Below are positions 21,746-30,359 of a stretch of 64,000 nt of DNA, one piece after another (the first letter of the stretch is position 1; the number at the start of each line of letters is the position of its first letter). A program made the position numbers and the translations under genes. Location: contig JAMWCD010000006.1 of assembly GCA_023818965.1 (NCBI GenBank), positions 205,475 to 269,474 on the forward strand, given 5' to 3'. Source of the DNA: Candidatus Omnitrophota bacterium (lineage in GTDB: Bacteria > Ratteibacteria > UBA8468 > B48-G9 > DTJG01). A model generated the notes under the pieces. That model was not told the DNA's origin. It did not search any database and saw nothing but the letters and a program-made list of their open reading frames with translations.

Positions 21746-22908
21746 AAAAATATGAAATTCCAGATAGTGAGTTTGAGAAAAGATGGGAGATTGCAAGAAA
21801 TGCAATTCGACAGAAAAACCTTGATATTCTCATTGCCTATTCAAATGAAGCAGATTTTGCAAATGTAAGATATTTTTCTGATTACTGGCCAATTTTTGAA
21901 TCAGCAGGGATTTTGATTCCTGCTGAAGGCGAACCTGCCCTTTTAATTGGTCCAGAGAGTGAAACATTTGCAAGGGATACAAGCAGGATAAAAAATATTT
22001 TTAAAATGATTGAATTCAGAGAAAGTGCCGAACCAGATTATCCTGGAATGAAACTTGATACTTTTGAATCAATTTTTCGCAGCATGAAATTAAAGGAAAT
22101 AAACAGAATTGGCATTGCAAGTAATCAGATATTTCCTGTCTGCATATTTAAAAGTTTGGAAAAGGCAGCACCGTATGCAGAATTTGTGAAGGCAGATGAC
22201 ATCATAACAGATATGAGGATTATCAAAAGTGATATTGAACTGAAAATTCTGAAGGATGCATTCAGAGTATCAGAGGTTGCATTAAAGAAAACAATTGAAC
22301 AGATAAAACCAGGTATGACAGAATTACAGGTTGTTGGAATTATTCAAAAAGAACTTTATATGGAAGGGGCTGAATATGAAGGACATCCTCAGTATGTTCT
22401 TGCAGGGAAAAATTCAACTCATGCCATTGGTAGACCGACATATTCAAAATTGAAAAGGGGACAATTGATTCAATTGAATATTGGAGCAAGGGTAATGGGT
22501 TATTCTTCAAGTGTTGGAAGACCTGTTTGCATCGGAAAAATGCTATCAAAAGTGAAAAAACTTGTACAGGCAGGTCTTGATCTTCATTATAAAACGATAG
22601 AGTGGTTGAAACCAGGAGTTTTAGCAAGCGATGTTGCAAAAAAGTTTTTTGAATATGCGGAAAAAATTGGGGTAAAAGAAAATGTCTTATATGGCCCGTG
22701 TCATGGTCTCGGAATGATGGAGGTTGAAAAACCATGGATGGAATTACATTCAAACTATAAACTTGAGGAAAGAATGACATTTCAGGTTGATACATTTTTA
22801 TACTCTGATGAATTTGGTTTGCGATGGGAAAATGGTGTTGTGATAGGAAAACATGGTGCAGAAATGCTTTCAAGTGAATTGACAGAAATTATTGAAATTG
22901 GGGGTTAA
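21742..22908 (+). CDS. M24-family metallopeptidase (Xaa-Pro dipeptidase / creatinase-like)
   Basis: 388 aa. Creatinase-N-like N-terminal domain plus a pita-bread domain with HGLGMMEVE-type motifs. Confidence 0.6.
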   Translation: MKKYEIPDSEFEKRWEIARNAIRQKNLDILIAYSNEADFANVRYFSDYWPIFESAGILIPAEGEPALLIGPESETFARDTSRIKNIFKMIEFRESAEPDYPGMKLDTFESIFRSMKLKEINRIGIASNQIFPVCIFKSLEKAAPYAEFVKADDIITDMRIIKSDIELKILKDAFRVSEVALKKTIEQIKPGMTELQVVGIIQKELYMEGAEYEGHPQYVLAGKNSTHAIGRPTYSKLKRGQLIQLNIGARVMGYSSSVGRPVCIGKMLSKVKKLVQAGLDLHYKTIEWLKPGVLASDVAKKFFEYAEKIGVKENVLYGPCHGLGMMEVEKPWMELHSNYKLEERMTFQVDTFLYSDEFGLRWENGVVIGKHGAEMLSSELTEIIEIGG

Positions 22909-22909
22909 A

Positions 22910-23647
22910 ATGAAATATGAATTGATGACACCAGATTTAATACGAAGTGCCATAAAAAGATCATTACCTGTGGTATTGCCTGCTGGAGTTATTGAGTACC
23001 ATGGAGAACATCTGGGAGTAGGAGTGGATACACTGGTGATCACAAGGGTGATTGAAGAAATTGAAAAACAAATAGATATTGTTGTTTTACCAGCATTTTT
23101 TTATGGTTCAGCCAGTTATGCGGTAGAGCCACCTGAACAGAAGGGAACAATTCATATTTCTTCAGAAACAGTTTTCAAATTTGCAATTGAATTATTTCAT
23201 GGACTGTTAAGGATTGGTTTCAGAAATATTTATGTGATTGTTCATCATCAGAGTGAAAATTTTACTTCAGGAATGCCAACTGACCTTGCATTTAAACTTG
23301 CGGCAAAACAGGCAATATTTGATTTTCTCGAAAAACATCTTGGCGAGGGATGGTGGGGCAGTTCTGCAAACAATTACTATCAACAACAGAAAAAGGGAAA
23401 AGATCCGTTTAGCTGGATAAAGATTTATCCATTTATGAGTGAGGAAATTCAGAAAAAATTTCCAATAGACCATGCAGGGAAACTTGAAACTTCCCTGATG
23501 ATGGTTCTTTGTCCCGAGGCAGTGAATATGAAAAAATTTTCAGATAAAAACTGGTATACCCGGACAGCAAAACAGGCAACAAAAGATTATGGAAATGAAG
23601 TAAAAAAACATATTATTGAAAATCTTAAAAAAATTTTTTCTGAATGA
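22910..23647 (+). CDS. creatininase-family amidohydrolase
   Basis: MKYELMTPDLI...VLPAGVIEYHGEHLGVGVD matches the creatinine-amidohydrolase family N-terminal metal-binding pattern. Confidence 0.7.
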   Translation: MKYELMTPDLIRSAIKRSLPVVLPAGVIEYHGEHLGVGVDTLVITRVIEEIEKQIDIVVLPAFFYGSASYAVEPPEQKGTIHISSETVFKFAIELFHGLLRIGFRNIYVIVHHQSENFTSGMPTDLAFKLAAKQAIFDFLEKHLGEGWWGSSANNYYQQQKKGKDPFSWIKIYPFMSEEIQKKFPIDHAGKLETSLMMVLCPEAVNMKKFSDKNWYTRTAKQATKDYGNEVKKHIIENLKKIFSE

Positions 23648-23648
23648 A

Positions 23649-25409
23649 ATGAAAATAAGAATTCTTCGTTCGCCATACTCAAATTTTTACCACAGAGACA
23701 TTGAGGATTCAGTTAATACTCATCCTGACTGGTATCTTGAATCATTAAAAGAGCATGGATTTAATGGAATATGGTTGCACTGTATTTTACGAAATATTGT
23801 GCGATGCAGGCAATTTTCTGAGTTCGGGAAAAAAGAAAAAGAGCAGATTGATGCACTTAATAAAATTATTGAAAAGGCAGCAAAATACAATATCAGGGTG
23901 TTTCTTTATTTCTGTGAACCAAGGGGATTTAAAGATAATGAAACCTTCTGGAAAAACAATTCTGATGTAAGAGGACAGCCATTCAGTTTTAAAAACGCTG
24001 GTTTTCTCGACGGAACCTATTATGCTTTGTGTACAAGTACAAATAGAGTCAAGGATTACTTATATGAATCAAGCAGGAACCTTTTTAAAAAGGTACAGGG
24101 ACTTGCAGGAATATTTATGATTACAGCAAGTGAATTTCATACGCACTGCTACTCACATTATCCAAAGTGGAAATTAGATAAACATTCTTATACAATGGGC
24201 TGGTTGAGAAATGAATTTATTTGCGAAAGATGCAGGGAAAGAAATCCATCTGATGTTGTTGCTGAAATAATCACCATCATTAATCAGGGAATCAAATCAG
24301 TAAATAAGAATGCAGATGTTATTGCGTGGAGCTGGAGCTGGAACATTATTGAACCTGATCCTCAAAAAAGATTGATTCAATCCCTTCCAGAAGAAATCAT
24401 TTTAATGTGTGACTGGGAAAGGGGTGGATATAAAAAACTGAAAAACAAAAAATTTATTGTTGATGAATACAGTTTTTCTTATACAGGACCATCTCCAAAA
24501 TTTAAAAAACAATATGCTGTGGCAAGAGAGAAAAATATCAGGGTAATGGCAAAAATTCAGGTCAGCACAACTCATGAACTTGTAAGTGTTCCATATATTC
24601 CTGTTCCACATCTATTGGCTGAAAAGATTGAAAAAATGAGAAAAATGAATCTTGAGGGATATCTTGGTTGTTGGATTTTTGGAGGAGAAATATCGCCCAT
24701 GAGTAAAATAGCAGGAATGATGTCGAAAGACAAAAAAATTTCAAAAAGTGCTGCAATACGACAGGTTGCACAGCATTATTACGGCAAAAACAGTTCTGCA
24801 GTTACAAGGGCATGGAAATATTTTTCATACGCATGGAAATATTATCCTTTCAGTATTCCATTTTTGTATTATGGACCAATCAATTATGCCACAATATACC
24901 CATTTTATTTGAAAAAATCAAAAAATTTTATAATTCCTTCATGGCAACCATTGCCAAGGGATAAAAATTTTCATCTCAGGCAGAGTACAGATTTATCATG
25001 GGCAGGTTCACCTCCTTTTACAGTTCGTGATGTGATTTATCTGTTAAATAAAATGCTTGAAACATGGAAAAAAGGAATTAATCAACTTGAGACAGTAGCA
25101 AAAAAACAACCTTCTTTTTCGATTACGAAAGAACTCAATCTTGCTATTCATATTGGTTTTTTGATTGAAAGTACAAAACACATCATTGAATTCTGCCAGT
25201 TGATAGGACAAATTGAACAAAATAAGAAAGAAGTCAAAAAAATCCTTGAAAGACAACTTGAAATAGCAGAAAAAGAAACAGAGATTATTCAAAGGTATAA
25301 GTTTGGCTATCACCCAGAAGCCCACGAATTTTTTATCACAGTAGAAGATTTAAAAAGAGAAATCAGAATCATCAGGAAACAATTGATGCTTTTGTCAAAG
25401 ATAAGATGA
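23649..25409 (+). CDS. hypothetical protein (possible TIM-barrel glycosidase-like enzyme)
   Basis: 586 aa ORF translationally coupled to the creatininase gene, with no signal peptide. Cys-containing motifs loosely resemble those in the 982-aa secreted protein. Function unknown. Confidence 0.35.
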   Translation: MKIRILRSPYSNFYHRDIEDSVNTHPDWYLESLKEHGFNGIWLHCILRNIVRCRQFSEFGKKEKEQIDALNKIIEKAAKYNIRVFLYFCEPRGFKDNETFWKNNSDVRGQPFSFKNAGFLDGTYYALCTSTNRVKDYLYESSRNLFKKVQGLAGIFMITASEFHTHCYSHYPKWKLDKHSYTMGWLRNEFICERCRERNPSDVVAEIITIINQGIKSVNKNADVIAWSWSWNIIEPDPQKRLIQSLPEEIILMCDWERGGYKKLKNKKFIVDEYSFSYTGPSPKFKKQYAVAREKNIRVMAKIQVSTTHELVSVPYIPVPHLLAEKIEKMRKMNLEGYLGCWIFGGEISPMSKIAGMMSKDKKISKSAAIRQVAQHYYGKNSSAVTRAWKYFSYAWKYYPFSIPFLYYGPINYATIYPFYLKKSKNFIIPSWQPLPRDKNFHLRQSTDLSWAGSPPFTVRDVIYLLNKMLETWKKGINQLETVAKKQPSFSITKELNLAIHIGFLIESTKHIIEFCQLIGQIEQNKKEVKKILERQLEIAEKETEIIQRYKFGYHPEAHEFFITVEDLKREIRIIRKQLMLLSKIR

Positions 25410-25551
25410 TGTTTGAGAAGTTTATTGTGTGGTTATTAAGATATTGTATGAAAATTTGCGTATGATGATAAAAAAATTTTATAATAAGTTTGGAAGTGAA
25501 CCTTAAATAAAAAAAGGATTTTAAAATTGTTCAAAAGAAAGGAGGCAGAAA

Positions 25552-26889
25552 ATGAGAAAGATATTTAAGAAGGTGATGGCTTGTTTTTCAGGAATACTTC
25601 TGGCAGGTATGCTTTTGACAGTAAATGTAATTGGTGCAGAAGTAAAACATAAGCCAATAACTGAGGAACTCATAAATTTGTTGAAAAAGAACCCGGAGAT
25701 TCAGGTAATGCTGGAGAAATCTATTGCACAAGCCAGAAAAATCAATCCTGACCTAAGTACTAATCCAGTTCAAAGTTTATCTGCATATTTTGACTTTGTG
25801 GATGAGATGGCTGATGTTTTTCCGCTTCAGAAACTTGAAAATTCTCAACTCTCTGCCTGCAACCAGATATACCAGAATATTCGTTATTTCTACTTCCTGA
25901 TAGGTCAGCCTGTTCCTGAGTTAGAGGGCAAGAAACTCTATAAAAATTCACTTCAATACTATCCTCCTTTTTCTAAGTGGTTATACCATTTTGTCCAGAT
26001 AAGGGGTAAGTTTTTAGACACAGAGGAATCATGGAATGAAAAGATTTATCAGAGGATTTACAATGATCCTCTTTTTAACCTTCAAAAAGGATGGTATGAA
26101 TCTCCATCCAACTGGAAAACTTTTAATCAATTTTTCGCAAGACGTCTTAAATCACCTGATATGCGTCCAATTGCTTCTCCTGATGATCCATCAGTTGTGG
26201 TTTCACCAGCAGATTCTGTTCCTCAAGGTGTATGGATGATTGATGAAAAATCAAACATTCGGGTAGTGAGAGGATTGAAGATTAAGAATGAGTATTATTA
26301 CAACATTGCTGACCTTCTTGGAAAAGATTCTCCTTATAAAAACGCATTTGCTAATGGTGTGCTTACCCACACTTATTTAAGTGCAGGTGATTATCATCGC
26401 TACCACTTTGCAGTTGGGGGCAAGGTTGTGGCAAAAAAAATCATACCACAGAATGTTGCCTATGAAGTGTTGTGGGTGCCAGAACTGAAAGGATATGCAA
26501 CAGTTGATTCCACTGGCTGGCAGTTTACTCAAACCCGCGGTTATGTAATTGTTGATACCGGAAAATATGGTCTTGTAGCGCTTATTCCTATGGGTATGGA
26601 TATATGCTCCTCTATTAATTTTGAAGATAATGTGAAAGTTGGGAGAACTTTTAAGAAAGGGGACCCATTAGGATATTTTAAATACGGTGGTTCAGATTTT
26701 ATTATGCTTTTCCAGAAAAAGGCAGGATTTGAAATCACTGCTCCTGTGGCAAAGGATACAGAAACAAAATCACTTTATGGCGCACAGAAAGGAGATGAAT
26801 ACAGGCAGGCGGTTTACAAACATATCCTTATGGGCGAAGAATATGGCAGAATGAAAGGAACAGAAAATGCAAAGAAGGAGAAAAAATGA
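25552..26889 (+). CDS. secreted phosphatidylserine-decarboxylase-like (pyruvoyl-dependent decarboxylase family) protein, paralog 1
   Basis: 445 aa with a signal peptide. The C-terminal region GDPLGYFKYGGSDFIMLFQ aligns with the PSD self-cleavage/active-site segment (GxxxxFxxGGST). Has a long N-terminal extension. Confidence 0.6.
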   Translation: MRKIFKKVMACFSGILLAGMLLTVNVIGAEVKHKPITEELINLLKKNPEIQVMLEKSIAQARKINPDLSTNPVQSLSAYFDFVDEMADVFPLQKLENSQLSACNQIYQNIRYFYFLIGQPVPELEGKKLYKNSLQYYPPFSKWLYHFVQIRGKFLDTEESWNEKIYQRIYNDPLFNLQKGWYESPSNWKTFNQFFARRLKSPDMRPIASPDDPSVVVSPADSVPQGVWMIDEKSNIRVVRGLKIKNEYYYNIADLLGKDSPYKNAFANGVLTHTYLSAGDYHRYHFAVGGKVVAKKIIPQNVAYEVLWVPELKGYATVDSTGWQFTQTRGYVIVDTGKYGLVALIPMGMDICSSINFEDNVKVGRTFKKGDPLGYFKYGGSDFIMLFQKKAGFEITAPVAKDTETKSLYGAQKGDEYRQAVYKHILMGEEYGRMKGTENAKKEKK

Positions 26890-28070
26890 AAAAACTAATG
26901 ATCCTGGCGGCTGCAATTTTTGTTTTGTGTTCAGGCATTATCACATCTGCAAACCCGCAGCAAAGTTCAACGGTTGAGTTCCATCCAGTAATTAAGGAAT
27001 TTAATATTCTACTGCAACAGGACCCTATTGTAAGAATGTATGTAACAGAAATGATAGACCAGCTTCCTGAGGGACAAAAAAATGTAAAAGATGTAAATGA
27101 CTTTTTGTCTCAATTGAATCAAATTTTGACCACTGCGCCAAAGTTTAGTAAAGGAGAAGTGGAAGTAACACCCCTTTCCAATCTTCTTGTCGGAATGATG
27201 AATACCCCTGCTGGGTTCCATGCCCTCAGGAATGAGAAAATTAATAATATGCTCAGGAAAATATTAAAAACCTGGGCTGAATTTCTTAATAGCGAAAAAT
27301 CATTATATGTTCTCAATGATTCTCCTGGTGGTTGGAAATCAAAAGAAGCCCAAAAGTTTTTGAAGATGGACGACTATCTCTATGACCCAAACGATAGGTA
27401 CTGGGGATATAAATCCTGGAATGACTTTTTCACCAGAAAGGTAAAACCATCTGCACGACCGATTGCACAACCCGACAATAACAAAATTATTATTAGCCCT
27501 TGCGATACAACCATATTTAACATAAGTTACAATGTAAAAAAGGTTGATAAATTCTGGATTAAATCTCAACCTTATTCCCTTCAGGATATGCTTGACAACA
27601 GTCCATATACTGATGAGTTTGTAGGAGGAAGTGTTATCCAGGGGTTTCTTTCTCCGTTTAATTATCACCGCTGGAACAGTCCTGTCTCTGGAACCATTGT
27701 CATGGCATATGTAAAAGATGGGCTTTATTTTAGTCAGGCAGAATCACAGGGAGTAGACCCATCTGCACAGGACAAATCACAGGGTTATTTAGCCCATGTG
27801 CAAACTCGGGCACTTATTTTTATAAAAGCCGATGACCCTGAAATTGGTTTGATGTGCTTTATGCCTGTTGGTATGGTTGAAGTTTCTTCGTGTATCATTG
27901 ACCCCAAAATAAAACCTGGTTATCATGTGAAAAAGGGAGAGGATCTGGGTTATTTCCAGTTTGGCGGGTCAACACAGTGCTTAATATTCAGGAAAGGAGC
28001 AATTAAGAAATTCACTGCAGTAAAAGGACGGTTTTACAAGATGGGAGAAGAGATTGCGATTGCGAACTGA
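26886..28070 (+). CDS. secreted phosphatidylserine-decarboxylase-like protein, paralog 2
   Basis: 394 aa with a signal peptide. GEDLGYFQFGGSTQCLIFRKG contains a canonical GST processing motif. Overlaps paralog 1 by 4 nt. Confidence 0.65.
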   Translation: MKKLMILAAAIFVLCSGIITSANPQQSSTVEFHPVIKEFNILLQQDPIVRMYVTEMIDQLPEGQKNVKDVNDFLSQLNQILTTAPKFSKGEVEVTPLSNLLVGMMNTPAGFHALRNEKINNMLRKILKTWAEFLNSEKSLYVLNDSPGGWKSKEAQKFLKMDDYLYDPNDRYWGYKSWNDFFTRKVKPSARPIAQPDNNKIIISPCDTTIFNISYNVKKVDKFWIKSQPYSLQDMLDNSPYTDEFVGGSVIQGFLSPFNYHRWNSPVSGTIVMAYVKDGLYFSQAESQGVDPSAQDKSQGYLAHVQTRALIFIKADDPEIGLMCFMPVGMVEVSSCIIDPKIKPGYHVKKGEDLGYFQFGGSTQCLIFRKGAIKKFTAVKGRFYKMGEEIAIAN

Positions 28071-28097
28071 AAAACACAGGAGAGATTACTTTTTTAA

Positions 28098-28230
28098 TTT
28101 TGTTATTATAGTTTTCAGGGAAAGGCAAAACTTGAAATTACAACTTTAAAAGAAATCTCTGCATATAATTATATTCTTATGGGGCAAGAGTATGGAGTAA
28201 TGAAAGCAGATAATTGGATTTTTCTCTAAT
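28098..28230 (+). pseudogene. decayed 3' remnant of a third PSD-like paralog
   Basis: Translation QGKAKLEITTLKEISAYNYILMGQEYGVMKADNW parallels the C-terminal tail of paralog 1 (QKKAGFEIT...AVYKHILMGEEYGRMKGTEN). It has no start codon and no upstream body. Confidence 0.4.
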
Positions 28231-28245
28231 TGACTGAGGGATGAT

Positions 28246-29232
28246 ATGAAACAGAAGAAAAAAATCAATTTGCTTTCAATTTTAATTGCAGTGTATTTTG
28301 TTACGATCCTGCTTTTCATTATATCGTTTCACAACCTGAAAATTAAAAACTCAAGGGCAATGATATCTCTTTTTCAGGGTCTAACTGAAAACAAAATATA
28401 CTATGAGAACCGTAAAGGAAAAATTTTTCAATTTCCTGAAAATGTTAAAAAATATTCTGTTAAGATTGCCAGTCAGTCAGATGCCAATGATTATTATGGT
28501 CTAAAAACAAGTGGATATAAAGACGGCTATGATATTTATTCTGATGACTCGCAGTTTGCAAACGATTGTCAACAGACAATTGATGATGCTCGCAATCTCA
28601 TAAATGTTTTTATGCAAAGCAAACTACTTGAAGCCATACGCAGTCAGGGGAAGAAACCAGCCATTATGTTTGATATTGATAACACGCTGGAATTTTCTTC
28701 CCGAATTGATACAGATTTAAAGGGGCAGGGACCTCCTGTGAAACCAGTGGTGGAATTGGTAAAATATTGCTTAAAAAATGGTATTGAGTGCTATTTCATA
28801 ACAGCGCGGGCTCGAAGTGATAGTAGAGAATTGTCTTCTACAAAAATATGGATGAAACAAACTTTTGGCTTTTCTGACTTTCAACTACGAAAATATGTTT
28901 ATCTTGTTGGTGATCTTGCGTATGGCAGGTACCATAATATTTGCCCTGGCCTGGGAAAAAATGTAAGTATTGCCTATAAAGATGTTTTAAGAAAGGTTTT
29001 AAGTGAAAAAGATGGTGTTGTCTGGATTATGAGTATTGGAGACCAGTTGACTGATGTGTACGGGAAAAATAGTGGCGTTAAAATTTTGGTTCCCAATCAA
29101 TTGTTTGACAATGCTATTGTGCCCAATCCTTATTACGATAAAACCGGAGAGAGGTTGCAGGTGAAAGAACTCCCTTCAGAATGTTATCCTCAAATTAAGG
29201 AAGTAATCCTGAATATCAGTCGTATTGATTAA
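28246..29232 (+). CDS. membrane-anchored HAD-superfamily phosphatase (class B/IIIB acid-phosphatase-like)
   Basis: 328 aa. N-terminal TM anchor, HAD motif I AIMFDIDNTLE, and downstream motifs (FITARA..., GDQLTD). Confidence 0.55.
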   Translation: MKQKKKINLLSILIAVYFVTILLFIISFHNLKIKNSRAMISLFQGLTENKIYYENRKGKIFQFPENVKKYSVKIASQSDANDYYGLKTSGYKDGYDIYSDDSQFANDCQQTIDDARNLINVFMQSKLLEAIRSQGKKPAIMFDIDNTLEFSSRIDTDLKGQGPPVKPVVELVKYCLKNGIECYFITARARSDSRELSSTKIWMKQTFGFSDFQLRKYVYLVGDLAYGRYHNICPGLGKNVSIAYKDVLRKVLSEKDGVVWIMSIGDQLTDVYGKNSGVKILVPNQLFDNAIVPNPYYDKTGERLQVKELPSECYPQIKEVILNISRID

Positions 29233-29373
29233 TTCTGATCAAACTACTGCCAACTAAGAGAGGATGTGATATAAAAACAACAATAAAAGGTCTAATCCTT
29301 TGAAACGAATCTGTCATTGTATCTAACCAAATGCGACCACTATAAGGTTAGATTACAACAACCACAGTTGAAG

Positions 29374-29628
29374 TCAAAATAGGAGTATACCTTTTGATTG
29401 AGTAAAAAGGGCAAACATCCGGTCACCGCCTACAAAGGTTTTACAGTTAACTCTAACATTGAATTTTTTCTCAAATGGCTCAACCATTGTACTCTCTTCA
29501 TAGCCAACCCAGCATAATAGATTCAGTTCCTGCTTGACCTGTGGTTTTTCACCGCATTCCAACATGCCAGAAAATAATACAAAAGCCAGAATTGGGACTA
29601 CCCACTTATTCCCATTTAATTTTTGCAT
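29374..29628 (-). pseudogene. N-terminal remnant of a PotD/PotF-like ABC substrate-binding protein
   Basis: 84-aa ORF with a signal peptide and ELNLLCWVGYEESTMVEPFEKKFNVRVN, which resembles the N-terminus of polyamine-binding proteins. The remaining roughly 270 aa are absent. Confidence 0.4.
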
Positions 29629-29699
29629 GGTTTTTCCTCCTTTAATTTGTATCTTTATTCAGGCAAAATCTCACTGTTTTCACTTTAAGTTATTTCCCT

Positions 29700-30059
29700 T
29701 CATAATACCACTTCATCTTCCACACGCCACGCCGGGTCAACAATACAGAGAAATTTTAAGTCAACATTCCCGATGTTTTTTATGTACTGTTTTGAATGTG
29801 GAGGAATATAGACAGCCTGACCAGGCCGAACTTTTGCCTTTTCATTATCAATATACATCATACCCTCTCCTTCTAAGATGTAATATACCTCTGAACTTTT
29901 TAACATGTGGGGTTGGGAGGTTAGACCCGGTTTAACAACTGCATATGCCAGACTATAACGGAGTTTCAAGTCCGCCTTATCTGGATGCAAAAGTTCCCTA
30001 AGAATTGTATTGTCACCGGCAATAAATTCTTCACAATCTTTCAGGTCTTTGATAAACAT
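29700..30059 (-). CDS. cupin-2 domain protein
   Basis: 119 aa. Conserved-barrel motifs (HMLKSSEVYYILEGEG...PGQAVYIPPHSKQ) typical of small single-domain cupins. Confidence 0.7.
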   Translation of the reverse strand: MFIKDLKDCEEFIAGDNTILRELLHPDKADLKLRYSLAYAVVKPGLTSQPHMLKSSEVYYILEGEGMMYIDNEKAKVRPGQAVYIPPHSKQYIKNIGNVDLKFLCIVDPAWRVEDEVVL

Positions 30060-30098
30060 TGTTCAACTCCTGTTACCGTCAGATGACAGGATTTTACC

Positions 30099-30239
30099 TC
30101 ACAAACTTTTACCTATGCCCTCCAGGAAACCCCCTGTCACCTTTTTCATTTCTTCTTCCGATATTTCAGAAAGCGCCGCTTCCAGTTCTTTCTTCGTAAA
30201 TCTAAAACCGGTCTCATTTGACACTTTTTTCAGTTTCAA
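30099..30239 (-). CDS. micro-ORF resembling a truncated Nif11-type double-glycine leader peptide (possible RiPP precursor remnant)
   Basis: Minus-strand translation (L/M)KLKKVSNETGFRFTKKELEAALSEISEEEMKKVTGG FLEGIGKSL. The segment GFxxTxxELxAALSELSEEELxxVxGG matches the C-terminal half of Nif11/NHLP-type leaders ending in a GG cleavage motif. An AAAAGG ribosome-binding site lies 5 nt upstream of the TTG codon. The ORF ends 40 nt upstream of the cupin gene. Confidence 0.3.
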   Translation of the reverse strand: MKLKKVSNETGFRFTKKELEAALSEISEEEMKKVTGGFLEGIGKSL

Positions 30240-30359
30240 TCAACCTTTTCTGCAATATCTGGAAGTATTTTTGTATCTGCATTCGGTTAGACTTAATTTT
30301 GAGAAAATACATAAGGCACTCCAGTTTCTCACAGCCACTGCCAGCAAGAAAATTATTTT

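Noticed and set aside
29534-29935. 133-aa plus-strand ORF spanning the decay zone and the cupin gene
   Set aside because: It overlaps the well-formed cupin CDS on the opposite strand and has no recognisable domains.
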